Numbered from the stretch's first letter, positions 8,849-17,773 are shown. The stretch is 64,000 nt of DNA from Pseudorhodoplanes sp. (GCA_032027085.1 JAVSMS010000001.1:272783-336782); one strand, 5' to 3'. Notes: generated by a model not told the origin, from the letters alone. Translations and numbers: made by a program.

Positions 8849-10470
8849 CGCGCAAGCCAGTCAGGAGCGCATCCATCAAGACGCTGCGATGTGCCGTTTA
8901 TACCCGTAAATCCACAGAGCACGGACTGGAATTGGAGTTCAATTCGCTGGATGCCCAGCGCGAGGCCTGCGAGGCCTATATCAAGTCGCAAGCCTCGGAA
9001 GGCTGGACCTGCCTGTCCAAGCGCTATGACGACGCGGCCTTCTCCGGCGGCACGCTGGAGCGTCCCGCCCTGCGGCGGCTCCTGAAGGACATCGAGGCAG
9101 GACTCGTCGATGTTGTCGTCGTCTACAAAATCGACCGCCTGACCCGCTCGCTCTCAGATTTTGCGAAACTCGTGGAGATCTTCGACGCGCAATCGATTTC
9201 CTTCGTCGCTGTGACCCAACAGTTCAACACCACGACCTCGATGGGGCGCCTGACGCTCAACATTCTCCTCTCCTTTGCCCAGTTCGAGCGTGAGCTTTCC
9301 TCCGAACGGGTACGCGACAAGGTGGCAGCCTCCCGCAAGAAGGGCAAATGGACCGGCGGGACAGTGCCGCTCGGCTATGACAGCCGCGACAAGAAACTTG
9401 CCGTGAACCCGGCCGAGGCCAAGACCGTGCGCATGATTTTTGAGCGCTATCTTGCCTTGAAGTCGGCTCCAAAGCTTATCGAAGAGCTCGACCGCAAAGG
9501 CGTCGTCACCAAGAAACGTGCGCTCCAGGGCAAGACGGCAGGCAATGTGCCTTTCACTTATGGGTCGCTCGTGTATCTGCTCAAGAACCGCACCTATGTC
9601 GGCGAGGTTGGCCATGACGGCAAATGGTTTGAAGGCGAGCACGAGCCGATTCTGGACCGTGAGCTATTCGCGCGCGCGCAGGAGGTCCTGAAATCCAACG
9701 CTGTCCGGCGCCGAAAACAGCGTGCAGAGACCGGCGCCCTGCTCTCTGGCCTGCTCTACGATGACCGCGGCCATCGCATGAGCCCGAGCTACTCGGTCAA
9801 AAACGGCGTACGCTATCCCTTCTACGTCAGCGCCGCCATCCTAAAGGGACGCAAACGAGAAGCCGGTTCGATCGCCCGCGTCGGCGCACCTCAGATTGAG
9901 ACCCTCGTCATTGCAAGCTTGCGCAAACACCTGCAGCAGCAGGATGATGCAGTCACGTCCCGCACTCTTCTCGAACAATGCGTCGACAGGATCACGATCT
10001 TTCCGGCCAAGATCACAATCAACCTCAAAGCCGACAGCTCGTCTGCAGAGCGAGCAGCCGGCTCCTTTGACATGCCCTGGTCACCCGCCAAGAAGACTGG
10101 TCTTGTCGAGATCAGCGAGCCGAATGATTCATCGCCGCCCTCCCCAAAATCCGAACTTGTTCAAGCCTTGGTGCGCGCCCATGTGTGGCTCGCCCAACTG
10201 AAGAGCGGCACATTCAAATCGATCGAAGACCTCGCCCAGGCGGTGAAAATTCACCCCAAGAACATACGTTTGGGCCTGAAGTTGGCATTCCTTTCGCCGC
10301 AACTGGTCCGTGAAATCCTGCGCGGCGAGCAAGCTCCCGCGATAACCGTAACAAGCCTAGGCAACATTTCTGAGCTTTCCTGGATGGGCCAGGAAGCCGC
10401 ATTGAAATCGCGCAATTCGCACCGCATCATGCGACCCGGGGCGGCTGGGGACCAAGGCCATGTTACTTAG
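8845..10470 (+). CDS. large serine recombinase
   Basis: Resolvase-type catalytic N-terminus (AVYTRKSTEHGLELEFNSLDAQREACEAYI...YKIDRLTRSL) followed by a recombinase domain and a long C-terminus. The start is placed at GTG 8845 (GTGA overlap) by alignment to paralog 56231..57826. The ORF-track start 8683 is an upstream extension that overlaps the DUF2924 gene. Confidence 0.9.
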   Translation: MTRKPVRSASIKTLRCAVYTRKSTEHGLELEFNSLDAQREACEAYIKSQASEGWTCLSKRYDDAAFSGGTLERPALRRLLKDIEAGLVDVVVVYKIDRLTRSLSDFAKLVEIFDAQSISFVAVTQQFNTTTSMGRLTLNILLSFAQFERELSSERVRDKVAASRKKGKWTGGTVPLGYDSRDKKLAVNPAEAKTVRMIFERYLALKSAPKLIEELDRKGVVTKKRALQGKTAGNVPFTYGSLVYLLKNRTYVGEVGHDGKWFEGEHEPILDRELFARAQEVLKSNAVRRRKQRAETGALLSGLLYDDRGHRMSPSYSVKNGVRYPFYVSAAILKGRKREAGSIARVGAPQIETLVIASLRKHLQQQDDAVTSRTLLEQCVDRITIFPAKITINLKADSSSAERAAGSFDMPWSPAKKTGLVEISEPNDSSPPSPKSELVQALVRAHVWLAQLKSGTFKSIEDLAQAVKIHPKNIRLGLKLAFLSPQLVREILRGEQAPAITVTSLGNISELSWMGQEAALKSRNSHRIMRPGAAGDQGHVT

Positions 10471-11941
10471 CAGCGGCGACATTTATCGCGCCTATCGTCC
10501 GAGCGCATGCGACCTTCGCCACTATCTACATTACAAGAAGACGCCAGCAGCCGAACCAGGCGCGTTCGAAGAGGTTATTCGCCGCCTCGGTGACCGACAC
10601 GAGAAGGCGCATCTCGCCACCCTGGAGGATGTCACCGACCTCAGCGAAGGTTCCTTCGAGGAGCGGCGACGTCAGACGCTCGAAGCCATAAGCAACAAGG
10701 CTTCAGTTATCTACCAACCAGTGTTTGCCGCAACAGTCAGACTGGCAGGTCGGGATTGCCAGGTGACTGGCATTCCAGACTTCCTCATCCGGGAAGGCGA
10801 CGGCTATGCCATCCGCGATGTGAAGATGGCGAGGCGCCTGACCGAAGGTGAACATGCAGAAATCTTCTGGCAGCTGCGGCTCTATGGCTTGCTGTTCACC
10901 TTGACGACCGGACAGGCACCGGTGCGGCTCGAAGTATATGGTGGCGCGAGTGAGATCGTCACAATTGATGCCGCTGCTAATGGCACCGTAGAGACAATGC
11001 TGGCTCGGTATGTGGAGGTGATGCTGGGCGAGCGGCCACCCTTCGAGCCGGTGGGATGGACCAAATGCGGCGACTGCGGATACCACGCCACGTGCTGGAA
11101 CGACGCATTAGAGCGTAAGGACGTCGCGCTCGTCCCGAAAATTGACCAGGGTCTCGCCCGCGCTCTGCACGAAGTTGGCGTCAGTACCTATGGCGATTTG
11201 CTGGTCCAATTCGATGAGGCGCGTCTCACGCAATTCCAAAGACCCTGGGGGGCGCGGCAGCAGAAGGTTGGCAAGACGGCGGTCGATATTTTGCGATCCG
11301 CCCGGGCCCTCCAGTCAAATCAATGCATCGCCATCGCTGCGCCGGACATTCCAGCGAGCACAAACTACGTAATGTTTGACCTTGAAGGGCTGCCGCCCCA
11401 CCTGGATGAACTCGAACAGATCTACCTGTGGGGCCTGCAAGTGTTCGGAGACAAACCAGGCACCTTCATGGCGGCGACGGCAGGATTTGGTGCCGAAGGC
11501 GACCGCGAAGGCTGGGAGCAGTTTCTGAGGTGCGCTGCCGCGATCATCGCCGAGCACGGCAATATTCCATTCGTGCACTGGCACCACTACGAGAAAACGA
11601 AGCTGAAATTGTACATCGAACGCTACGGAGACCCTGACGGGATCGCAGCCGCCGTGCTCGCCAACCTGTTTGATCTCTTGCCGGCAACACAGAAGGCTGT
11701 TGCCCTTCCCCTGCCAAGCTACAGCCTGAAAGTGGTTGAGAAATACGTCGGCTTCAAACGCTCGCAGTCTGAATACGGCGGCGACTGGGCAATGGCGAAA
11801 TACATTGAAGCCACTGAGACCGAGGATGAAGCTCTCCGTACAGCAGTGATGGATCAGGTCCTCAAATATAATGAGGAGGATCTGGCCGCCACGTGGGCCG
11901 TGCTATCTTGGCTTCAAGAATTTGGACGCAAGGCCAACTGA
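10460..11941 (+). CDS. TM0106-family RecB-like nuclease (Cas4-like Cys cluster plus RNase H-like C-terminal domain)
   Basis: 493 aa. GIPDFLIRE...IRDVKM (PD-(D/E)XK-like), CGDCGYHATCW cysteine cluster, then YVMFDLEGLP...HWHHYEKT in the C-terminal half. The ATG lies 11 nt inside the recombinase 3' end. Confidence 0.7.
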   Translation: MLLSSGDIYRAYRPSACDLRHYLHYKKTPAAEPGAFEEVIRRLGDRHEKAHLATLEDVTDLSEGSFEERRRQTLEAISNKASVIYQPVFAATVRLAGRDCQVTGIPDFLIREGDGYAIRDVKMARRLTEGEHAEIFWQLRLYGLLFTLTTGQAPVRLEVYGGASEIVTIDAAANGTVETMLARYVEVMLGERPPFEPVGWTKCGDCGYHATCWNDALERKDVALVPKIDQGLARALHEVGVSTYGDLLVQFDEARLTQFQRPWGARQQKVGKTAVDILRSARALQSNQCIAIAAPDIPASTNYVMFDLEGLPPHLDELEQIYLWGLQVFGDKPGTFMAATAGFGAEGDREGWEQFLRCAAAIIAEHGNIPFVHWHHYEKTKLKLYIERYGDPDGIAAAVLANLFDLLPATQKAVALPLPSYSLKVVEKYVGFKRSQSEYGGDWAMAKYIEATETEDEALRTAVMDQVLKYNEEDLAATWAVLSWLQEFGRKAN

Positions 11942-12046
11942 GCGCGATCGCCCTTTATTGATTCAGGTAACGTCCATTATGGAACATTTTCTCACTCAGT
12001 ATGATTGAGACGAAAGAGATCGAGAATGCTCGGTCTGAGGTGACGC

Positions 12047-13576
12047 TCAAACTGACACGGCGCGCTCGGGAGGGAGGCGAAGGCCCGGACGGTAGGTACC
12101 GTCTTTGCTCCCCTCAAAGTCCCATTCGTAGACGGTCACCGGTCCGATGGCCGGCTGGTTCTGACCGAGAAAGAAGGCGAACGCATTGGGGCCGGCGATG
12201 AACAGGTGGGTCGAAGGGCGCGGCGTGCCCGACCGGGTAATCGTTCGAAGGCGGGTAAGCAACGCTTCGGCCAGCAACACGGCATGATGCCCGCTGTAAA
12301 CGCTGCGGCGCGACGCCGGCATGCGGGCATGCAGGATGCGACCGATTCCAGGAAAGGCTTTCACAAACGTGCGCACGGCCGGGCTCACATCGTGTGCGAG
12401 ACTCACGGCAACCGCAGTGTCGGCTCCCTCCCCGGTCTCCTCGACTTCAAACTCAAAAGCAGGCCAAGCCGGATCAAACGGCAGGTCGTCCGCCGCCCAC
12501 CAGCGCCGCCCGTCGGTGCGCTGTTCAATCTCAACCGTCTTGCCGGACTTCACGTTGAGGATCGCGCCAACGCCAAAAGCGAGAGAAACATGCGCATCTA
12601 GAATTACGCGAAGATGATCGTTCTCGCGAGCGGCCTTAAGCACAAAGGCCTGCAACTCGGGGAAGACGGTAGCATCCCACGCCGCCGCGTCGCGAATGAA
12701 GCGCCCCGCGAAATGCGGCACGAGACTGAGCAGCGTGCCGCAGCGCGCTTCCAGATTGTCGATCGCATGCATGAAGGAACGCACGCCGATGGAGACGGGC
12801 TCACGCTCGTGGTCTTTGTCAAAGAGCCGCTCGGACGCGCACAGGTCGCGGAAAGCTTGGCGGTCGAAGTCATTACGGCCTTGCGCGTGCAGCTTGGTGA
12901 TGAGGTCATCGTAAAAGAAGCCAGCTTCCGACGGAGAAACACGCACCATCCCGACCGCACGCAGCCGATCATTGAGGCGGTCCCGCAGCTCGTGTGCGGA
13001 CTCAACGCGTTGCGTGATGCCAAGCGTTCGCGCAACGCGGCGGAGTTCATCCTCGTCAAGGCCGAGATGCTCGCGCCACGTCTTGCGCAACTGCCCCATC
13101 GCGCTTGCATCCGTCGTGCCGTCAAACAGTCGCTCTAGGTCGAGCGCGTAGGTCTGGGTTAGCAGCGCCCGCATCAAGGGATCGGCGCGGCGCAAACTCC
13201 AGTTGGTGACAAGCTTGAATCTCGCCCCGGTTCCATCGGGCGCGTGCATCACCTGCGCTTCGTGGGCGCGCTGCAGGAACGAATTCGTCTGCGCGTTCGA
13301 AAACGCGGGGTCAATCAAATCGGTGTAGCCGAACTCGCCGGGGCGGACATGCCACTTGCACTGCAGGTGGTCGCGGAGCAGCCGTGCGCCAGTATGATCC
13401 TGCGGCGCACGCGCAGGATCGTACTCGATGAGCACGTCGTCGAACGCCTTTGGGCCGATTTCGTAGGCCACGCGCACCACGCCGCTCGCGGAGTCCAGCA
13501 GCGAGGCAGCGTGCAGCCAGAAAAGGCGGGCTTGGAAATTGTCCCCTTGCTGGCGGGCAATGACGGCCTGGCTCAT
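12047..13576 (-). CDS. cap4: CBASS effector, nuclease-SAVED fusion (Cap4-type)
   Basis: Start taken at MSQAVIARQQGDNFQ (ATG 13574-13576, GAGGGA 6 nt upstream). The N-terminal DUF4297-type nuclease has FDDVLIEY...LQCKWH. The C-terminal SAVED ending is HLFIAGPNAFAFFLGQNQ. It lies 10 nt downstream of the CD-NTase gene. Confidence 0.85.
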   Translation of the reverse strand: MSQAVIARQQGDNFQARLFWLHAASLLDSASGVVRVAYEIGPKAFDDVLIEYDPARAPQDHTGARLLRDHLQCKWHVRPGEFGYTDLIDPAFSNAQTNSFLQRAHEAQVMHAPDGTGARFKLVTNWSLRRADPLMRALLTQTYALDLERLFDGTTDASAMGQLRKTWREHLGLDEDELRRVARTLGITQRVESAHELRDRLNDRLRAVGMVRVSPSEAGFFYDDLITKLHAQGRNDFDRQAFRDLCASERLFDKDHEREPVSIGVRSFMHAIDNLEARCGTLLSLVPHFAGRFIRDAAAWDATVFPELQAFVLKAARENDHLRVILDAHVSLAFGVGAILNVKSGKTVEIEQRTDGRRWWAADDLPFDPAWPAFEFEVEETGEGADTAVAVSLAHDVSPAVRTFVKAFPGIGRILHARMPASRRSVYSGHHAVLLAEALLTRLRTITRSGTPRPSTHLFIAGPNAFAFFLGQNQPAIGPVTVYEWDFEGSKDGTYRPGLRLPPERAVSV

Positions 13577-13586
13577 GCTGTCCCTC

Positions 13587-14465
13587 TCACCGCGTCGGGA
13601 AGTACCGGCCCATAATCTCGCCCCAAAGGGCAAGCGCTTCGCCGGTCTTGCCCTGGGTCTCAAGGCGCATGGCAAGCGATGCGTTTTTCTCCGCCGTGCG
13701 CATCACGGCGATGGCCTTCTGCACGAGATCCGGCGTCATCTGGTCGGAAACGTGCGGCCCGAGCCCGGCGGGGTCCGGCCATGGGCCTGACAGCACCGCC
13801 GGAGCGGCGGCGAAGAAACGCTGCACCTCGCGCGCGTAGGTGGTGAAAGGCGCATCGACAAGGTCGAGGGCCATGACTTCGATCAAGAACGACGGTTTGA
13901 TCGGTTTGTCGGCGGAACGGTTCCAACGCTTCAACATCTTCACGAGCGGGACCCACTTTCCGCCAAGCGCCCTGTTCTTGGCGGTGGACTTCTCCGCGTG
14001 GACCTCGGGATCTGTCTTGATCCACTTTCCGAGGTCGCGGTCCGGGATTTCGTAGCAGTCGCTGAGCTCGAACGCGGGCACCGCGTCGATCGACAGCACC
14101 TTACCCTCCTCGTCCTTGGTGTTCTTCTCGAATTCGACGGTGACCGAGCGCCGGCCGCGGTCGACCGCATCGGCGCCGTACTTGTCCTTCAAGCAATCAT
14201 AGAAGGCGTCGATTATCTCGGCGGGTGGCTTGTCGCGCCACTTCTTCTCGGCGCTGCCGAGCGCAAAGAAGACGTCGACGTCCTTCAGCGGCTTCGTCTT
14301 GGTGTGCCGGTCATAGGATCCGGTGAGGAAATCGCGGTCGACCGCGAACGTGGCGCGGATGCAGTCGCGGACCTCGTTGTGTCGCTTGCTCGCGTTCTTC
14401 GCCTCAGTGTCGCTGAGTTCGAGGCGCTGGCGGAACGTTTCAAAGGCTTCGTTGACGCTGGTCAT
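13587..14465 (-). CDS. CD-NTase (cGAS/DncV-like nucleotidyltransferase)
   Basis: 292 aa from MTSVNEAF. TGSYDRHTKTKPLKDVDVF gives the GS...DxD active site, and SIDAVPAF gives the third Asp. ATGA overlap with the upstream HORMA gene. The longer ORF-track N-terminus overlaps that gene and is Arg/His-rich. Confidence 0.85.
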   Translation of the reverse strand: MTSVNEAFETFRQRLELSDTEAKNASKRHNEVRDCIRATFAVDRDFLTGSYDRHTKTKPLKDVDVFFALGSAEKKWRDKPPAEIIDAFYDCLKDKYGADAVDRGRRSVTVEFEKNTKDEEGKVLSIDAVPAFELSDCYEIPDRDLGKWIKTDPEVHAEKSTAKNRALGGKWVPLVKMLKRWNRSADKPIKPSFLIEVMALDLVDAPFTTYAREVQRFFAAAPAVLSGPWPDPAGLGPHVSDQMTPDLVQKAIAVMRTAEKNASLAMRLETQGKTGEALALWGEIMGRYFPTR

Positions 14466-14959
14466 TTGTAATAGGTCATCGAAGCCATGATGTCGGGGGT
14501 GGCGATCACGGTGCCGGCTTCGCGGGCAGTGAGGCCATTGAGCGAATGGAACGACGTGGTGGTGACGCCCGGAACGTCCTCGCCGCCCGGCGCGAGCAGC
14601 AGAATCCGGTAGACGCATCCGGCCGGCGGCCGCGGCGGCTTGTCGAAGGTCTGCTGGAGAAACTGCTTGTCGACCCACATCTCGTCGACACCGTTGCCGT
14701 CGTAACGGATCGGGAAGTCCCACCGCCCAAGCGCGATCGTGGTGCCAGGCTTGTAGAATTCGATGATGATCTTCTCGAGGTGGCCGGATTGCAGCCACGT
14801 GCGCGCTGCGCGGTCGACCCAATCCGACCACGCGTCAACAAGCTTGGTCGGATCAAGCCCGTAGTGCAGGACAAGAAGCTTGATGAGATTCCGCATCTTG
14901 TCGGAAACGTACGCGGCGGTGTGGGCCCGCGTGTAGGAGGTGACGTAAGTTGAGCTCAT
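14462..14959 (-). CDS. cap7: bacterial HORMA domain protein (CBASS type III regulator)
   Basis: 165 aa from MSSTYVTSYTRAHTAAYVSDKMRNLIKLLVLHYGLDP...LEKIIIEFYKPGT...RWDFPIRYDG. This matches my recollection of characterised CBASS HORMA sequences. ATGA overlaps on both sides. Confidence 0.75.
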   Translation of the reverse strand: MSSTYVTSYTRAHTAAYVSDKMRNLIKLLVLHYGLDPTKLVDAWSDWVDRAARTWLQSGHLEKIIIEFYKPGTTIALGRWDFPIRYDGNGVDEMWVDKQFLQQTFDKPPRPPAGCVYRILLLAPGGEDVPGVTTTSFHSLNGLTAREAGTVIATPDIMASMTYYK

Positions 14960-15429
14960 GGCTGGTCCAGGACTCCCCAGTTGATCGCAAGCGGCTGGGC
15001 CTGCGCCGCGCTTTCGGCCCGCTCGTCCTCGTCGTGGGGCGGCGACGCGACATCGTGCACCGAGATCCGCGGGGCGCGGGTCGTCAGCGTGTTGTTCATC
15101 CACGTCACGTCGTCAGTGTCCGACGGCGCGGTCACGCTCCAGCCGTTGCCGCCGGTCGGATTCCAGGTGAGCGCGGCAACGTCCTTGCCCGCTTCCATCG
15201 CGGCTTCGTTGTAGAGGCAGTAGACAACGAGGCGCGGCCCGCTCCCCTTCACCACGATCGGGCATGTGGCCGGATGTTCGTCGGCGATCAACGACTGCAT
15301 GACGCTGGCCGCCGCCGCCAGCGTGGCGGCGTCGACCGAGCCCGTGCCGGTGATGAGGTCGATGATGGCCTGCCACGTCTCGGCCGCCGTGCGCACCGGG
15401 ATCGAAGCGATATCGCGCCGAACCTTCAT
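14956..15429 (-). CDS. small CBASS accessory protein, possibly the second HORMA-type protein (Cap8/HORMA3-like)
   Basis: 157 aa, translationally coupled (ATGA) to the TRIP13-like gene upstream and the HORMA gene downstream. The assignment rests on size and position only; I see no diagnostic motif. Confidence 0.4.
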   Translation of the reverse strand: MKVRRDIASIPVRTAAETWQAIIDLITGTGSVDAATLAAAASVMQSLIADEHPATCPIVVKGSGPRLVVYCLYNEAAMEAGKDVAALTWNPTGGNGWSVTAPSDTDDVTWMNNTLTTRAPRISVHDVASPPHDEDERAESAAQAQPLAINWGVLDQP

Positions 15430-16301
15430 GCCGCTTTCTCCTCGATACGGCTGTTCTCGGCCGCAAGCTTGAGCGTCGCGAGAACGTGCTCGGCCTTCAG
15501 CTTGTTGAGGTCCTTCGCCGTCTCGATGGTAGATGCGGCGGCGGAGATGATCGCCTTGCGCAACCGGCGGCCGTCCATGCCGTCTGAGGCGCGCACGAAC
15601 GCCGCCATCTGCGCCTTGAGGTCAGAGACGCGTGGCCACTCCTTGGCGAGCTGCTGCAGCGCGTCAGCGATGATCGCCTGGCGTGCGGCGCCGTCCGGCA
15701 AGCCCACATCCTCGATCCAATCCGCACGCGACAGCAACGCCCGGTCGACCGCTTTCGGGAAATTGGTGGTCGCGATCAACAGCGTGTTGCGATGCGTGCG
15801 GGAGAGAAGATCGATGCCGGACAAAGCCGCATCGGTTGCGCGGTGGGCGTCAATCGGGTTCGCCTCAAGGCTCATGCGCTGCCGGTCGGCCGCCAGCGCC
15901 TCGACCTCGTCGAAGAGGATGATCGCCGGGTGCGCCATCGCGTGCTCCGGGATCGTCTGCTGGAACAGCTTCGTCACCTCCTTCTGGCTCTTGCCGTGCG
16001 AGGAGCTGCCGAGGGCGTGCGGGTCGATCTGGAGGAACTTCACCTTCTTCGGCGCAAGCGCCTTGGCGACTTCGTTCGCAAGACCACGGGCGAGCGTTGT
16101 CTTGCCGGTGCCGGGAGGGCCCGACAACACGATGAGGCCGTGCACGGGCATAACCTCGAACGGAAAGCGCTGCCTGAGCTGGAGCGAGAGCAGCGCCTGC
16201 GCCACGAGGCGGGTCCGCACTTGCGGGTCGATTTTGATGGCGTCCCAGGCCGCGGCGAAGTCGTCCCGCGGCAGGAACTGTTGATCGCTGATAGCCTCCA
16301 C
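15426..16301 (-). CDS. cap6: TRIP13/Pch2-like AAA+ ATPase (CBASS type III regulator)
   Basis: 291 aa. Walker A LSGPPGTGKTTLARG, Walker B IILFDEVEAL. It is the first gene of the five-gene minus-strand operon. Confidence 0.85.
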   Translation of the reverse strand: MEAISDQQFLPRDDFAAAWDAIKIDPQVRTRLVAQALLSLQLRQRFPFEVMPVHGLIVLSGPPGTGKTTLARGLANEVAKALAPKKVKFLQIDPHALGSSSHGKSQKEVTKLFQQTIPEHAMAHPAIILFDEVEALAADRQRMSLEANPIDAHRATDAALSGIDLLSRTHRNTLLIATTNFPKAVDRALLSRADWIEDVGLPDGAARQAIIADALQQLAKEWPRVSDLKAQMAAFVRASDGMDGRRLRKAIISAAASTIETAKDLNKLKAEHVLATLKLAAENSRIEEKAA

Positions 16302-16460
16302 TGCCGGTCTCCTCTCATACGGGAGCCGGCGCGATGCCTTTTCCCCCAGTTGTGCCCTTTAGAGCTGGGGCGCTCCTTGCGAAGTACAAGAAGCAGTGGC
16401 TAGTGGCCCCCACTTGCTACATCTCGTCGCCCGGCCCAAATATAGGGCGAAAAAGTATCT

Positions 16461-16531
16461 CTACTCCGAACTTGAACCTAAGAATGCTGTTTCGCGTTGT
16501 CAAGTACAGGCTGTATAGCTACTCTGAACTT
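16461..16531. promoter_or_regulatory. pair of 13-nt direct repeats CTACTC(C/T)GAACTT in the divergent CBASS / capH promoter region (candidate operator)
   Basis: The copies lie at 16461..16473 and 16519..16531, read directly from the sequence. A small palindrome TACAGgCTGTA lies between them at about 16505..16515. Confidence 0.3.
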
Positions 16532-16553
16532 TGTGATTTGCGAGGAGAATGGC

Positions 16554-16874
16554 GTGACCGTCCTAGGGGACCGAATACGAGAACTCAGAAAGAAGAAGGG
16601 CTATACCCTTGAAAAACTTGCTGAATTGACGGATTCCAGCAAGAGCTACATCTGGGAACTGGAAAACAAGCAGCCCGCCCGCCCCTCCGCCGACAAGATC
16701 GCGAAAATTGCGCGGGTGTTGGGTGTCACGCCGGAATACCTCGTTGATCCCGAGGAAACGAACGTCGCCGAAGCGACCGACGAGGCCTTCTATCGCAAGT
16801 ATCGCCGGCTCGATCCCACGACAAAAGAGAAGTTCCGCCGGATGATCGATGTGTGGGACGACGACGATAAATGA
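16554..16874 (+). CDS. capH: XRE-family HTH regulator, CapH-like
   Basis: GTG start at 16554 preceded by GAGGAG (16543-16548). LGDRIRELRKKKGYTLEKLAELTDSSKSYIWELENKQ HTH. Divergent from the CBASS operon and ATGA-coupled to an ImmA/IrrE peptidase gene. Confidence 0.7.
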   Translation: MTVLGDRIRELRKKKGYTLEKLAELTDSSKSYIWELENKQPARPSADKIAKIARVLGVTPEYLVDPEETNVAEATDEAFYRKYRRLDPTTKEKFRRMIDVWDDDDK

Positions 16875-17773
16875 CCGAGCCGGTCTACCCCATGCGGTGG
16901 GCAAACGATCTCACCCTCCTCTTGAACGCCGTGCTGGGGGCGGACCGGTTTCCCGTGAAGGTGCCGGACATCGCTGCCGAGTTTTCGCGGCAGCGCTTTC
17001 CAGATGACCCGATCACGCTGATTAAGGGCGACGTCCTTCCTAACTTCGATGGCGCTCTCGTGCGGGCGCCTGCGGGGAAGAAAGGCTGGGGCATTCTCTA
17101 CAATTCGGCGATCGGCTCGCCGGGACGTGTCAACTTCACGCTTGGCCATGAATTCGGCCACTACTTGATGCACCGCCAAGCGTATCCGAACGGCATTCGA
17201 TGTGGCGATCAGGATGTCGTCCGGTGGGATTCAGAATACGGCCAGCTCGAACACCAAGCAAATGTGTTCTCAGCGACGTTGCTGATGCCGTTGGACGATT
17301 TCCGCCGTCAAGTGCCCGAGCGGCATAAAGCCAATCTCGGCGAGTTGTCCGCGTGCGCCGAGCGCTACCGCGTGTCGTTGATAGCGGCTATCCTTCGGTG
17401 GCTGGAATACACTGAGTGCCGCGCGGTGCTTGTCGTCTCCCGCGAGGGTTACATTCTCTGGTCAAAACCCAGCAAGTCCGCACTACGCACCGGCGCGTTT
17501 TTCCGCACCTCCGCAAGCCCGGTTCAAATCCCCTCACGATCACTGGCGGCACGGCAAGACCGACTGGTCGACGGTCGCCGCGGCGTTGACATGCCTGCCG
17601 GCATTTGGTTCAGCGAAGAAGTACGGGAAATGACCGTGTTCGCAGATCAATACGACTTCGCGGTCACTCTGCTTATGCTGCCCAGCGATTACCTCCCGCG
17701 ATTGCAGGATGAGCAGAACATCGAAGACACTTACGATCGCTTCGTGAAGAGCGGGAAATTGCCGGTCAGGTAG
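16871..17773 (+). CDS. capP: ImmA/IrrE-family zinc metallopeptidase, CapP-like
   Basis: 300 aa with an HEFGHYLMH zinc-binding motif. Paired with the upstream HTH gene next to CBASS. Confidence 0.75.
   Translation: MTEPVYPMRWANDLTLLLNAVLGADRFPVKVPDIAAEFSRQRFPDDPITLIKGDVLPNFDGALVRAPAGKKGWGILYNSAIGSPGRVNFTLGHEFGHYLMHRQAYPNGIRCGDQDVVRWDSEYGQLEHQANVFSATLLMPLDDFRRQVPERHKANLGELSACAERYRVSLIAAILRWLEYTECRAVLVVSREGYILWSKPSKSALRTGAFFRTSASPVQIPSRSLAARQDRLVDGRRGVDMPAGIWFSEEVREMTVFADQYDFAVTLLMLPSDYLPRLQDEQNIEDTYDRFVKSGKLPVR

Noticed and set aside
14950-16284. 444-aa plus-strand ORF covering the CBASS regulators
   Set aside because: It lies antisense to three well-supported, motif-bearing minus-strand genes. 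Its Arg/Ala/Ser-rich composition is typical of shadow ORFs in high-GC DNA.
16461-16490. Alphaproteobacterial LexA/SOS box (GAAC-N7-GAAC type) in the capH/CBASS promoter
   Set aside because: GAACTTGAAC has only 2-nt spacing between the GAAC units, and no correctly spaced box is visible.
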